From: Phoronis australis
Taxonomy: Eukaryota; Animalia; Phoronida
DNA: 64,000 bases
Direction: 5' to 3'
Assembly (NCBI GenBank): GCA_002633005.1
Contig: NMRA01000005.1
Location: 1,223,601 to 1,287,600 of the forward strand
A model generated the notes under the pieces. That model did no database searches and was not told where the DNA came from. It saw only the letters and a program-made list of their open reading frames with translations. Every line of letters starts with the position of its first letter. Positions within the stretch are counted from its first letter, which is position 1. The position numbers were made by a program, and so were the translations under genes. This document shows positions 12,974 to 27,050 of the stretch, piece after piece.

Positions 12974-15900
12974 AATAGTAAAGACATACCAAAAACAGTC
13001 GCTTTCCGCTTTAAGGTTGTAGGCCAGTGATACCTAACCTGTTGGCAGGTAGTAACAGTATGAAATTTCTTATGTAATATGTCAGGCAAGTGAAATTTTT
13101 TTTGAAAGATAAGGAGTACCAAATATATCCAATTGTCAGACAGACACGAGGAATTGTGGACAATGACAAAAATGTTGGGGTCATTGTGAACATGAAAGAA
13201 GATCGATTTTAGCTATTAATTTTTCCCCAAAATTGGAGAGATTTTTCTGTCGGGGGTGTGATTACACGGGTCAGGAAACTTATATAATATTGCAAGTTGG
13301 TCGCATAGAAATCGGCAGATTGGCGTATCCATTGTTCACTTTGTTTTTTCTCTTATAATAAAGATAATGGCAAACTTTTATTGGTAACAGCGTGATGTAC
13401 GCCCAAGCTACAGCGTCCGTGAGTTGGGTATTGTTATATCCAACAAAAATGCAACAAAGGAAAACAATGGAAGTGTCCCATAAGCGATAACCATGCCACA
13501 TGCTTACGCCCGTTGCATGGATGTAGCAAGTTAAATAATACCTTGCAACCTTCATATGACGTCTCATTTGGCATGAGATGCCTTATTGGGTTTGGCATTT
13601 TCTAGTAACCAAGTGTTTTGCAAAGTTACCTAATCAAAAGCGTTTGTAAAATCCATAAAATAGGTGAGATGCTTCTACAACCAAACAGATGGACATACAC
13701 TATAGAGGTAATGATAGTGGAAAATAAATCTCCCGCATGCAACTGACTGGTTGCTTATTTAACTATAGTTTAAGTATGAGTGGGATTTTAGAAATGAGTT
13801 AGGAAGCTTTTTGAATATGGTTTGGGACATTCGCTAAAATTCGGGACATCGAAATTCAAGCTTAGTTATTAGTAGTTATTCTTAAATTTGGGACGGCCAA
13901 TATTGCCTATTTCTTTAGTACAAACTCTGACCTTGAGCAAAACATGTAATTTTTCTGTGTCAGAAAACTGGAAGATTTTTACTGTAGGTTTGTGTTTGTT
14001 GGGGCTGTCGGATACCTCTTGCAAGTGTGACACAAGTGCACGTGCTCACCACATTCGTTGCTGGGTGGCTTTCAGCGAATGGAGATAAGTGTGGTACCTA
14101 TGTGGGAGTAAGCAAAACATTTGAGACAGGTTCACCTGTAGTAACTTATCTTTCAAGCCACAAATCTTAGAGATTCTTGTGATAGCTGTTATATAAGTTC
14201 ATGGATACCTGTGATAAAGGATCTTTTTGGAAAAAAACGCGGGTAAGCATATTTTTGTGTTATGCCCATTAGCCTGAGTTGAGCAATCAGTGTGTCAATG
14301 AAATTATTTTGCATCAATGAGGTGCGTGTGATCCTAAAATTATCCCTGGTGTTGTGATATGACCATGACTTGATGTATTATTCCATATAATCCTGATGTT
14401 CACCATTGCTGCATTTGCCCATAGCAAATAGGTCAGCGTCAGACATCGGGTGATTGAACAGCTAATAAAAGATAGGCGCCTCACTTAAGCTGTATTCTGG
14501 ACTTCATTCATCAGTGTTTGACTGATGGGGATTTGCCATCTCGAGACAACCGCTAACTCTTACCATTGATGCACAGTGATGCATGTGTTGAGATCACTGG
14601 TTAGAGATGCCTAAAGCACTGGGTTTAGCTATATTACTGTAATTTGGGCCGTCCATGATCACTTCAGCGACTCTGTGATCAAATCCACTAATTTGTAAAT
14701 TAATGTTGTTTTCAACACACCGTGTTTTAAATTTACGTTCATTTGCAACTGACCAAAGACTCAGCGTTTGTGCTGTTTAGAATCAGCTGCGCAAATTATG
14801 TGGATGAAAGAGTTGTTTTCAGAATTGGATTCTCTGGCCAAGACTTTGAGAAGGAAATAGCTAACAATGTCTCTTTTCTTTTGTTTTTTTCAATGCTTAC
14901 GAAAAAAGCACTGGATAACTTGGTTAGATAACTACTTCTGTCTTCGCATTGATTTTTGCCTGAGAAAACATGTCACTGTCTAGTTCAGTTAATGTTAATT
15001 AGCTAACATATTTAAGGTATATTGAGCACTGACTATTACCCTGGGACAATCCATTTCCTGCAGCGGCAAGTGTCGAGTGTTGAGATTTGCAATGGTCTCA
15101 ACAAATGGAGCCATAACATAAAAACAAGAGGACCCTTCTCACAGTGTTTGAAATGGAACTCATTTGACAAACGATTATTCCCCCAGATGGTACACGCTAT
15201 GAGGACGCATGAAAAGGCTGCATCGGCTTTGGTGATTTTATAATCTGATAAGTTTTATTTTAAAAAAAATACAGTGTCCGAGATTTGAGTAATATGACGA
15301 ATGCCACATTGACCGTGTCTCGATCTTCAGAACTGAGAAAATTCAATTTCTGATTGAATTTCTGTGTCCCGAGTTTTGGAGCATTCACAAATTTTGGAGA
15401 ATTCCCAAATTTTGGGGAATTCACAAAATTGGCAAATTTTTGCTGTACAACTGCCTTAATAATCCGTTTCGTTCTTATTTCAAATTACAATGTGACCATT
15501 TTTATCCACTGTTGTAACTCGTAACATCGTTGTGTGAGTCTCGGTACATGGGATGATATTTTGCTAGATTTTTGAAACCTGATATTCGATACTAAGGCAT
15601 GTGTCGGAGCTAAGCCTTTCATGACCCCAGGTGAAAGTTGTCTACCTTCAGGTGAACATAGACTGTTACAGAGATGAAGCCACAAGCCAGTGATTAAGCA
15701 CTGTTCTTTGATTTGCTAGCTTTTAATACATCCAACAGGATGAATGTCTCAAGCATGATCACATGACGACAAGTGTGTGAGTGGGAGGCTACTGGTTCTT
15801 TTTTCAGACAAGTCAATTTGTTGCTGGCTGGAATCCTGCCAAGACGGAGCAAGTGATACCGTGAAAAAATGCTCTCTCAATTTCTAAATGTAGTTTCAAA

Positions 15901-16955
15901 ATAGCTTTAACTGCCAGACAGGTTGATTGGTTAAATTTTGAAAATTCTCGTCTCAAGTTAAAAAAGTAGAAAGTAACAGGTTTGGTTTGTACAAGGCCAA
16001 CGCCTGATTTAAGGTTTTGTCGACAAGTGTGTACTTTTAGCAAAACATCTCCAAATATCTTCAGATAGAAATTATTTCTGCAAATGTCTATATTTTCTGA
16101 AAGTAGAAAATCCATATAGTTCAATTTTTTACTTTATACCAATTTTTCTTAAGTGGGTCATTTAATTATGTCTTTTTACTGAAATTTTTCAAATAGGTAC
16201 GTTCTTGGCAAAACATCTATACTAATTATATGGCCAAATTTCATTTGATAGAAATGTTCAAGATGAAATCACAAAAATGCTGTTACCGTTCTCTAAAATG
16301 GTTCATTTTTGTTTTATGCGATTTTTATTTTTTTTCATCAAAGTCTCAAAACCTCGCGTGCAAAATCTGAAATTTCAAAAGCAATTCCAAAGAGTATTTT
16401 GGGGAACTTTGCATAAAACATAACTGTAGCAATGTGAACTTAATATGGTCAGTCATTTTTGTGACGGGACTTTCGGAAGTTAGCCAAATTTGGACACTTT
16501 TGTAAAGGTTTGTGGTAAGTGCTTAAAAAATTTTAAGCTGAATTACTATGTCACTATTCTTGGAAAAGGAAAATTTGTCGAGAAAGTTGCTCTCTGTGAA
16601 CTTTCGAGATTCTTCAGATGGCATTTCTCATTTGAGTGACGGAGTTTGCTGACAAGATGTAACTTGTTAAGCTCCAGGCCTGTTTTTTTAGTCTTACTCA
16701 GACACAAGTTAGCACTGTGATGGCAAATGCCTGGCTCGCACACCCTAGTAAAGGTACAAAAAATTGTATTGTATTTTTCCTGTACATATCTCCCTCAACA
16801 GGAATCCAAATTTCTTTCTACATGTGAAAACTGCGAATCAAAGACTAATGAAAACTTGATCTTTGTTCAGTTAAAAGCACATGGCAAGGAAGGAGGGTTT
16901 CAGGTAATTTGTTGAGTCGAAACTATATTTTTACTCAAGAATTCAAGTTCACTTA

Positions 16956-17244
16956 TCGGCGATCGCAAGGCAGTGACGCATCAGTCAACGAGTTTTCGCA
17001 CTGGGATCTTCTGAAAAATGCTTGTAATTTAACCACAAAGTTTGATAGCAATGCACTGCAATTTTGTAGAAACTCTGTCATAGGTTACAGATGCGTCACA
17101 GAGCGTAAATTTGGTGAATTCTAGCTTGTGATTTTACCTGTTTCGGAGACCGGTTTTCAACAACTTTTGGGCTATAATAAGCGCCCCCTTTGGTGAAGCG
17201 AATTTTTCTAAGTGCCCTGGGCACTTATTAGGGCAAATACGGTA
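16956..17244. mobile_element. Right-end fragment of element family C
   Basis: Aligns with 24497-24784; ends GGCAAATACGG-TA. Confidence 0.7.
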
Positions 17245-17301
17245 ACCAACTTCGACTTGGGCTATTTATTGTAATGAAATTCATTTCATCCTGTTCCTTA
17301 A

Positions 17302-17580
17302 GAGCCCTTTCAAACTAATGTTGACGCGTCGATGTTTTGGGGAGTTGCGGTCAGTATGAACGATTAACTTTGGTCCTGGATCAAAGTTACCAGCGCCAGC
17401 TAACTTCCTAGTAAGCAGGTGAATTTAACAGTGGAGTGTCAATACTGTGGTGTGGTATGAAGGGTCAACTTCGGTCCCACTGAAGTTATCTCCAGGGCTA
17501 CTGCTATCGTTAACAATTAAAGGAGAGTGTTGTCGCTAATAGTTGCTTATATTGTGCTCAAATAATCACCAATCGAATTG
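17302..17580. mobile_element. Partial inverted copy of MITE family A
   Basis: Begins GAGCCCTTTCAAACT after TAA; reverse complement of 3930-4208. Confidence 0.7.
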
Positions 17581-20500
17581 GAAAAAAAAGTCTTGTGTTA
17601 GTGATTGTGACTGTCTTTAAAACCAAAGCGCAAAAAATTCCTGCGCACAAAATTTCTATTCAAGAATTAAATTCCCTGCAGAACCAGAAAAAATAAACCC
17701 AAAATCAAAATGTATGGTGCCAGAACCTATAATTTATCATGTCAGGACCAAAATTTAATTGCCAGACAGGTCCATTGCTCTACAGTATTAGTAGAAGCAG
17801 CTTGCATTCAGCAATACATCTCTTGTACTGGCATTGCCTTTCTCTTAGCTGACGTCTAATGTTACAGAGGTGAGATAATAAAAGTGGCCACGGTCTTTTG
17901 ATCCCATTTCAATAAAGTTTTATAAAGCTCGGAAAAGTGGGTCGATGCCTTTAATTGCAGTGTTCTACGTTAAATTCTAACTGACTTGAAACGTTTCATT
18001 GTTATTTATTTCCTCAAAAACCTATAAAATCTCGCCAGTTTGGGACAATGGGGTCGACAAGCGAAATTTTTGATTCATCACTTTTTTCCACAGTAGATAT
18101 TTAAAATCGTATTAAAGTGGGCTTTACATGGTAATTCCTTATCGCTGTGTTTGCTCGGTCAGATTAGTTGGAAATACAAAATATAGCGACGATGTAAATA
18201 TGATGTAGGTTGAAGAATGCCAAGTGTTTTTAAGAGCGAGTTTTGTGGCAAAAATAATCTGCCGTAAATCACTCAATCTAGTAAGTATCGCGACGTAGTG
18301 TTGGGGAACAACACTGCGTGATGCGGGCTAATGTGAGTCCCCAAGGTACATCTTTAGTACCTGTTTGCAGAATTTTTTGTTTTCACATTTACAAGTTGTC
18401 AATGAATACAACTGCGCTTCGTTTAGTGTAGACGATGTTCAAATAGCATTGTCGTTAAGTTCGTGCTCTGCATTAGCATAGTTAGGAGCATGCAAATATA
18501 TCTTAAGGGGTTCTCCATCTTCAGCTTGTGCACCACGGCTACCATCTGACAATGTTTGGAGAAATTTGGGGCATTCGGAACAGTGTGAGATGCCCTTGAA
18601 AAATCACAAAGGACAATTTTAGCAATTACGTTTGTCCGAAAGTGGTGAGATTTCACTCTGGTAGCAATTTCATTAGCGTATGACAGCTGTGCTTTTTAAT
18701 TCCATGTCTTCTAGGAAGCAACACCTAATGTTTTGACTGAGTTTGATGATAATCCGGCCTTCACAACATGTAATCTTCTGAGTGTTAGATGTGCGTATAT
18801 GTGACAGTTGAGAGATCTTGTCATTAGATCAAGCCTGATTGTGAGTCGGTGTGAGTCGGTGTTTTTGTAAAGGTGGCAACTTTATACATCCCACTTTATG
18901 TACTTGTTCCAACTCGCTCCGCTCCGTGTCAATGCGCAGGTGTCATTCATTAGATGTAAATTAGCAGTCCATTCCAAATGTCATAACATTTAAACTAGGA
19001 GGAAAACAAGTGATACTCCTCTTGACTTCCTGGATACAGGTTGTTATGGGGATGAACTAATGTGTAGAGGCACCCCGGCATAGTCATGGATGATTGGGGG
19101 GAGAGAGACCTGCGGCACGTGCAGCTCAGCAGGGTAACTTTTTCACGAAAGTGTTTCTTTTTGGGCAAAATTCCTTACAAATGGGTTCTCTTGGGGAGTT
19201 CGAAACACCACAAAATGTTCCCTTTTGGTTCTACGCAACTCTACAACGGTTTTTGAAGTTAGGTACATTTTAAAAACTTTTACTACAAATAATGTAATGG
19301 AAAGGCAGCATCTTTTTCGTTTTAAAATCTGACAAATTTAAGCATGTCATATCTATCCAAATGCTGCCTGCAGGGGGAAATCCTTTTCTAGTTTTTAAGA
19401 GGGGGGCTCTTAGAAGGAATTCCATTGATTTTGTGCACCGGAAAGGTATGCATGCATTCAAAGTACTGCATCAGTCACTATGAAAGTCATCTTGTCAATG
19501 CAAGGGGGGAGGTTGTTTCACATCAAAACATGATTAACAATGTTGTTCCTTCCGGCTATAATTAATCAGAAGTGTCTAATTACGAAAATGATGGTTGCTA
19601 ATTTACGCATGTATCAAAACATTAAATGCTAATTTGGTCTTGAGCCTGCACACATTGCATTGTTATGGCGTTTGGCATGCTTATTTTGTCAAATAACCAG
19701 TTAAGATGGGGGAAAAGAGATGGAAGAGATTTCCCACACATTAGCTGCAGGGTTTGACAGAGGGCAATGTACTAATACATAATACAGAGAATTTGGGAAT
19801 GTAACTGTGAAACTTTTTAATTAAAACAATTTTTATAGCAAATATCCACATTTTATGCCTCAAAAAGTTTACTTAATCAGCAACGTCATTTTCGTTGTTG
19901 AGCATCGCTGACCAGAATTGTCAATTTAATCTGATTTTCATTTTTAATGAGCTGCATTGTGTTTTTTTTGTTAAAACCTTCATTTGTATCACCTCACTTT
20001 CTAATGAAAGACGGCAATAGCATGGGTTAAAAATAATAACTCTTAGGTGTGTCATGCCCTTATGAAAATTTGTCCTATAGATTTTGCCGCAGCATCTGGT
20101 TTTTAAATCGGGTCAGGGATTAAAACGAAAATGTTATTGGAGCGACATGTAAGAGAATAGGATTTGACTTTATTTGTGTAAAAATTCCAGAGGTATAGTC
20201 GGTAGATCGTATTTTTGGACCTAAAGCAAATTATGGCATGTAAGATATTGGATGTGCACTGAAATACTATTTTCGGTAACTGATTAAAGGCCTTGAGGCA
20301 TTTTACCTCTGGCTGTTCTGTATTGCTTCTGATAACTGATTGAGGTTCCTATGTTTTATGTCAGTTCTTTAGGGATGGGGAGTTAGCCTAGGGGTAGATT
20401 GAAGGATAATATTGAGGTTAAACTTTTCTTAGATATATATAGGCAAATGACTGTGGTTGGTATTCTGCCTACAAATTCCGTAGATTGGATTATTGTAATG

Positions 20501-23375
20501 GTCTTCTGCACTGAATTTTCGAGGCCTGTGACAAGTTACCTGGAGGTAGCGTAATAAAGTCATTTATGTTGTCTATTTAAATAAACATGATGTCAATCCT
20601 ACACTATGGCATGCAAGTTAAATAAGTAAATTTTATTTTCTCGTTTTTCTCAGAAAAATATATAGCGTCAAATTAGTGCTTTACCGTGTTCATGTTAGCT
20701 ACCGTCGGCGAAACATTTTGAAAAATTGTGGGCATTCGCATGAATAATAGAAGATCTTGAAAAACAAAGAAAGGGTAACTTTGACAATTATTTTTGTCTG
20801 AAATTGGTAGGATTTTACCTTACACTGTTTTTTTGAGTTATTGCAAGTTGTGTATGATTGGAGTGCTTTTTGGTCCTTCACAATCTAAATATACCGCAAA
20901 CGTTCGGGTTAACACCCATGCTCAGTTAACCGCCCACCCCCTACTTTAGGTGGATTTTCGGTTTAGCCGCCCACTGCTCGGTTAACCGCCCATCTGCGAT
21001 TTTTGAAGATTTCCAGTTAAGCGCCCACCTCTCGGTTAAGCGCCCACCTCTCGGTTAAGCGCCCATCCCGACTTTTAAAGATTGAAGATTTAGCACCCAG
21101 TGCTACGCAAACGCGCGATTCCCCGACCTTTAGATAGATGATCACAACTAGAGTGCAATGATGGCCTCCGAGCTGCTGGTTTGACAATGTGAATTATAAT
21201 ACAAGTAATGTATGAATTCTTGTCTCGGGTCATAGATTTACTTCAAAATACAATACTTGAACCTTTTGTCACTTTATTTTCTTCCCATGTTCGCAAAGTT
21301 TAAGAACCTCGCCAGCTTCAATGCCTCCGCTTTTAGCGACGCGGTCTGCCGCGCTGAGTTTCTGTCTGCGGTGCGCTTTTGGTAGGAAGCTCTCGTAATT
21401 TGAAGAATTTCCATAACTCACGGAAAGATGTCAAATTCTCCCTATTTTGATGAGTGTAATTGCCAGGCTATCGAGGATGTGTAGCGACCGAACGGACAGT
21501 GTACCTTGCTTGCTGTCTATCGATTCAAAGGTTGGCAATACGTTACTATATGTTTGTGTATCATCTTGAAGAAATAAAAAACTGCAAGTCAAATTTTGTT
21601 TTTTGCTTATTGCATCTGAGACAAGTTGGCGTTAGCAGATTCCGCCAAAGTCGCTGGCGGTTCTTTATAGTACGATTTCTTGTGACAGGCGTAACTTTGA
21701 ATTATCGTATCCACCTAGCCTTTTAGCTTCCCAAATATTTTTGTTTCTACATTGGGCAGTTTCAGCCTGAACAAAATTCTTACCATTCGAGTCTGAGACA
21801 TCTACGATGTAACTGATTGAAAATTGGCGGCAGTGGTAATGACGTGCACGCAGCTAGCTACGGGCATGGAACATCGGGTCCAGGGATCATCGAGCCGGGA
21901 AATATTGGAACAGACTTGACATCGTAGTTTTGGGTCATTGGAACGGAGGAATATCGTAAAACACTGGGTGTTTGTAAGAACAGCTTAAAAGTACAGAGTC
22001 GCGCCGGTGTACTCCTTTACATAGGGCTGTCGCTGTTCTCTTTTGAAGTGCGATCTCTGAAGTGGTGCACGCGTGTAAGTTCCCACACTCTGGAGTGCAT
22101 GTTACCTTGACAGCACACATATGTGATGGACAGGTGACTCATACATATACGTGTGCTGAACGCAGTCGCTGTCTTTTGTCACATAAAACAAAACCCATAT
22201 TGAAAGAGGCTGTGAAATTACTTGACGGCATTTCCAAGTCTAATGACGGCATATTGCGCGCCAACAGTGGTACCGACCAGTTCTGCAATGCGATATTGCC
22301 GTAGGTGATATTATAATAGGATAATCTGTACATATTGCGTGTAAAATAAATGTGTTTTTCGAGTTGCTTTATGTTTGCCAGGTAGGCCTATCTATTTTAC
22401 CCCCCCCAAAAAAAACGGCTCGCGTAGGTTGGAATTTCCCGGTGGCAGGTATAAGACGTCTATAATCTTGGTATGCATTTCCAAATTTCAGGTCGCCAAT
22501 GCGACCTGCAGTTCGTTATGCTGAGCGCGGAGTCTCGGTTACATAACACTGACTCAGAAAGGATGCATTGCTGGTTGAAGCTCTTCACTAATTTAGTCGC
22601 AAAGCCGCACAAACCATGGATGCCGGCTACCCGAAGAATTGGGGCTACATCTACGAATTGTTTTTTACCGACACAGATATGTGTACGAACTGGTCATTTT
22701 ATTCCTCGGACTCTATTGTACGCACTCACTAGACTCATCCCCAGTCATAGTGTTAGTAATTTTAAAATAAAACTTTAAGCAAATGCTTGTTTTTGAGTAA
22801 TGCCTTTGTGGTATCTTTTGATTGACGACTGGCTCATGTCCACTTACCCCTCGATTCTCATCTTCTTTGCGTGGCATGTTTCACGCAATAGGAAGTGGGC
22901 AACGCCGGGCGGTTGAGATAAAACAGCTAGTCGCAGAACCATACGTTGAAAATGAGTCACTGAGTCTAATCTAATCTCATCTCCAACATAAACATCCCAA
23001 ACACAAAAAACACCTGAATTTGTTTTTCAAACTTTTATTACATCATTAATTTTAAAACTGGTCTTTGACTCGGAACTTGACAGCTAGCACCATAAATTTG
23101 ATGTCTGCTGTGACCTCTGCAACACGTGAAGCTCGCATTCGTGTACTTCTAAAGTGTCATGGCGTGAGAATAGTTGCAATCCAAGTTATTGTTACTGGTC
23201 GTCTGCGCACTACAGCTCTAATAAGATCGCAGGACGGCACAGGGCTATTACTCAACAATTTTGTAAATTTAATTGTGATTGACTAATCTGTGGGCAACAG
23301 AACATTTCTTGGGATCGTCCGCTGTTATGACACGTTTAGCGACATTTGGCAAATTGACGATAAAGCTCTTTGAAA

Positions 23376-23507
23376 AGTAATCTACGCGTTCCGAGTACAA
23401 CTGTGTCGTGTGGTAATCTGATCATGAGGCTAGATTAACCGAGTAATCTACGCGTTCCGAGTACAACTGTGTCGTGTGGTAATCTGATCATGAGGCTAGA
23501 TTAACCG
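23376..23507. repeat. Perfect 66-bp tandem duplication
   Basis: AGTAATCTACGCG...AGATTAACCG twice; single copy in family B copy 2. Confidence 0.9.
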
Positions 23508-23532
23508 CCCAGGGCGGTTGTCTGTCGTAATA

Positions 23533-24782
23533 CCGTATTTGCCGTAATAACCGCCCATGCCCCTATAAGCGCCCCCCCACGCGTTTTCAGACTTTGCTGA
23601 AATAAGCGCCCAGTCCATGAACGTGTACATGCGAACAATGACGTACCTACAGTCCTAAAACTCGGCTACAGGAACGTCTTCAATTTATCAAAAAAAATTT
23701 GCACGGGTCTTCTAGACCACCTGGGCACTGCTACGTTTGTATTTAGCCGTGACTATACACTTCAAAGTAACGCAGCGTTTCAAAAAAAATGCAACAGCGT
23801 TGCTACTCCCGTGACGACCGTGTCCCACTACGGTCTGACCTTTCAGTACAGACACATCGACTGTCTCATGAATAAAAATAACTCGGTGTTAAACGCACAT
23901 GACCAGGAAGCGTGCGCTACATATATGAACCTGCCATCAAAGACATTAGTCGGGAACTATCCATTCATGAAACGGGTAGCATAGCATCGATGAGAAATGA
24001 ATATTGGCACTAATTTTCGACAATTTCTAATACTATAAAACATGTTTGTTATATTTTTGAGATGGATTGTTTGATTAACCATAATTGGTTTTTTCAAGCC
24101 GAATATCCGATAAAATGACAACTGGCATTGAATGCTTGCACACCCTTACATCGAAAAATAACTGTCAGATAGTTACGTACGCATCCAGCTACACGGCGAC
24201 TAATATGGGCCTTACGGAGACAAATGTCGAACGTTTTTAGCACATGAGACCGGCAAGTGCTGAATAAAACACGATCTGGTTTAGGCCTACTGCTTGTGCA
24301 AATTTCCTTAGACACATCTAGCAAGTTAGATTGTGTGGCTCTGGCCAAAAGACGGTCTCTGCTTTGACAAATGAACTCTGGTGACACGCACGTGCTCGCT
24401 TACTCACAAACGCAGACGAACTTCAAAAGAAACACCATGTGACAACAACACGTGTGTTCATCCAGACATTTTTCTCGCCGTGTCGCCATATCGAAGACGG
24501 CGATTTCGAGGCAGTCAGTCAGCGAGTTTTCACCCTGGGATTTCAGCACAATTTTCTGTGAAATGATCGTAATTTAGCAGCAAAGTTTGATAGCAATGCA
24601 CAACAGTTTTGTTGAAAGTCTTTCATAGATTACAGATACGTCACAGAGTGTAAATTTGATGAATAGTAGCTTCCGATTTCACCCGTTTCGGAGACCGGGT
24701 TTCAACCGCCTTGGGTTATAATAAGTGCCCCCCCTGAACCGAACTTTCTAAGCTCCCTGGGCAGTTATTGCAGCGAATACGG
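23533..24782. mobile_element. Family C element nested in family B copy 1
   Basis: TA|CCGTATTTGCCGTAATAAC...GTTATTGCAGCGAATACGG|TA; the empty site TCGTAA-TA-AGCGCCC is present at 51245-51259. Confidence 0.85.
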
Positions 24783-26263
24783 TAAGCGCCCATGTTCAGT
24801 TAACCACCCACCCTGGATTTGTTGAAAGTTCATGTTTAATCGCCCATGTCTTAGTTAACCGCCCACCCCCGATTTTTTGGGTTTGCCAATTTAACTGCTC
24901 AGGGCGTTAACCTGAATGTTTACGGTAAGTTGAAGTCAGGTGTCCAGGGAAGAGATCATCCGATCTATGTTGTGTTCGGCACCATTTATGAAAATGAGTA
25001 TCATAATCAGCTTAACACGATTACTAAATGTAGCGACCTCCAGGGTGTGGTAATTGCGGTACAATTAGTCTGTGACGCAGACATTACCTGGTAGAGTGCT
25101 CGTCACCGAGTTTAAAGTGGGTGTGTTGAAAATATTAAAAAATGTAAGGTTAATGAGGAATATATACAGTTTGACATTCTTGTACTTGTATCTTAATTTG
25201 GCTTTGAATATAACCTTGGCATTCATCTGTGTAAAAACTCGGGCAGTCACCAGGTGGCGAGACCAGCTTGACTGTGAGTTGGCTCACCAAGAACTGCCGA
25301 ACATGATGGGGGAAATCGACGACATTTTGTGAGTTCGCTCAACAAATATTTCAACAAAGAGACAATTTATGAGTTAGGGAAGTGGACGAAATTATGTGCA
25401 ATTATCAATATCAGAAATGGTCGTTTGCCGTTGCTTTTGGTGCCCAATATTACTGGATAATTTCCCGCTGTTTTCGTTTGAAAATACCACACATGGTATC
25501 ATGTGGCGATAACTCCGACCAGTTGTCAGTATGATACAAATGCTAGAGTTGGCTTACTGAATGAATATCAAAAATGTTCTTCAAAAGGCGCTTGGACATG
25601 ATTTTAAATTAGTACCCTGGGCACGTCTTCAATCCTCAGAATACATTAATTTTTCTAAAAACGTCTTTGTGAAGTAGCAGCTTGCACACTGTGATACATT
25701 CCGAGCACTTCTTTTGGCTTGGTCGTTTGTGTCTAGTAGATTATCAGTAAGGGATCACTCGGATTATAGTTCTGTATTATGACTTGTTAAAGAATTTGTT
25801 GGAATGAACTAACAATTTGTTTGTTTCCTGTGACGACTGGGATTATCGTGATCAGCGCATTTCTTGTGCTTTTCCCGTCCATTATTTTCAGTGTGTAAGT
25901 CATCCATCAAATCGGTCAACAACTTGATTTTGATCTGTTGCTAAATACTGCCCAGAGTAACTATTTTAGGCCTTGTAAATCACTGGATGGTCTTCAAGTC
26001 CTGTTGTGTGATGAGCCATTTCTCTTGGAAGCTGCCATTAATCACAGGGTATTGGGTTCATGGATTAACCTTAGGTTTGGGGAGTGGGGAGATTATGAGA
26101 ACTGTATTAAGAAATCATATGTTATCATATACGGCTCTATCAGACATATCAACACTTGCAAGGTTCACTACCATCGTTCTCTCGGTTGCCAAGTAACGGG
26201 TGCTGGGTTTCGATGCTCTGAGGTACTTGATACACGGAATTCAAAAACTGATGCAATAGTTAA

Positions 26264-26883
26264 TTTTTTTAGTTTTACTAAAGTTTAACATACGTACGCA
26301 AGTCATGTTTCCAATGGTGAATTAAACATGTTGTCTTTTATGTTATATTGTATATATTATTCATGCTGTACTATCTTATGTCACTTCCTTTGTATTCTAT
26401 ATAATGAACATGGCAGTCTGTTATGTTATATGTGAATAATTAATATCTTAATTTTCATTCGCTTCATGTCAATCCACGAGGCGTTTCACAGGCTAAACGC
26501 NCCCCCCCCCGACCTATGTGGCCAGTACACATCCAACGCAATTCAGACATCAGACCACCTTCATTTTTTTAGTTTTACTAAAGTTTAACATACGTACGCA
26601 AGTCATGTTTCCAATGGTGAATTAAACATGTTGTCTTTTATGTTATATTATATATATTATTCATGCTGTACTATTTTATGTCACTTTCTTTGTATTTTAT
26701 ATAATGAACATGGCAGTCTTTTATGTTATATTGTATATATTATTCATGCTGTACTATCTTATGTCACTTCCTTTGTATTTTATATAATGAACATGGCAGT
26801 CTGTTATGTTATATGTGAATAATTAATATCTTAATTTTCATTCGCTTCATGTCAATCCACGAGGCGTTTCACAGGCTAAACGC
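26264..26883. other. Assembly gap (N at 26501) with duplicated flank
   Basis: 26264-26500 recurs at about 26564-26883, the second version carrying an extra ~83-bp internal repeat. Confidence 0.75.
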
Positions 26884-26975
26884 AATTCAGTTGTAATGCA
26901 TGTCCGTGTTAAACACTGCATTTTAACAATTTCTAAGTGGACTTATTTGCCATTAATAAACGGTCTCTTTTCCAG

Positions 26976-27050
26976 ACTCACACATCCGAACATAGTGCAG
27001 CTGCTTGATGTATTCGAAGATAAACAGCATGTCTACCTGGTTATGGAATT
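26976..27050 (+). CDS. CAMK1: CaMKI coding exon
   Basis: ttccag|A CTC ACA..., LTHPNIVQLLDVFEDKQHVYLVMEL, ends TT|gtaagt; 75 nt. Confidence 0.95.

Larger units (their letters stand above)
20892..24927. mobile_element. TA-flanked pogo/Tc1-mariner-like non-autonomous transposon, family B copy 1 (with nested element)
   Basis: TIRs TA-CCGCAAACGTTCGGGTTAAC / GTTAACCTGAATGTTTACGG-TA and many TTAA(C/G)CGCCC subterminal repeats; collinear with 49009-51360. Confidence 0.85.
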
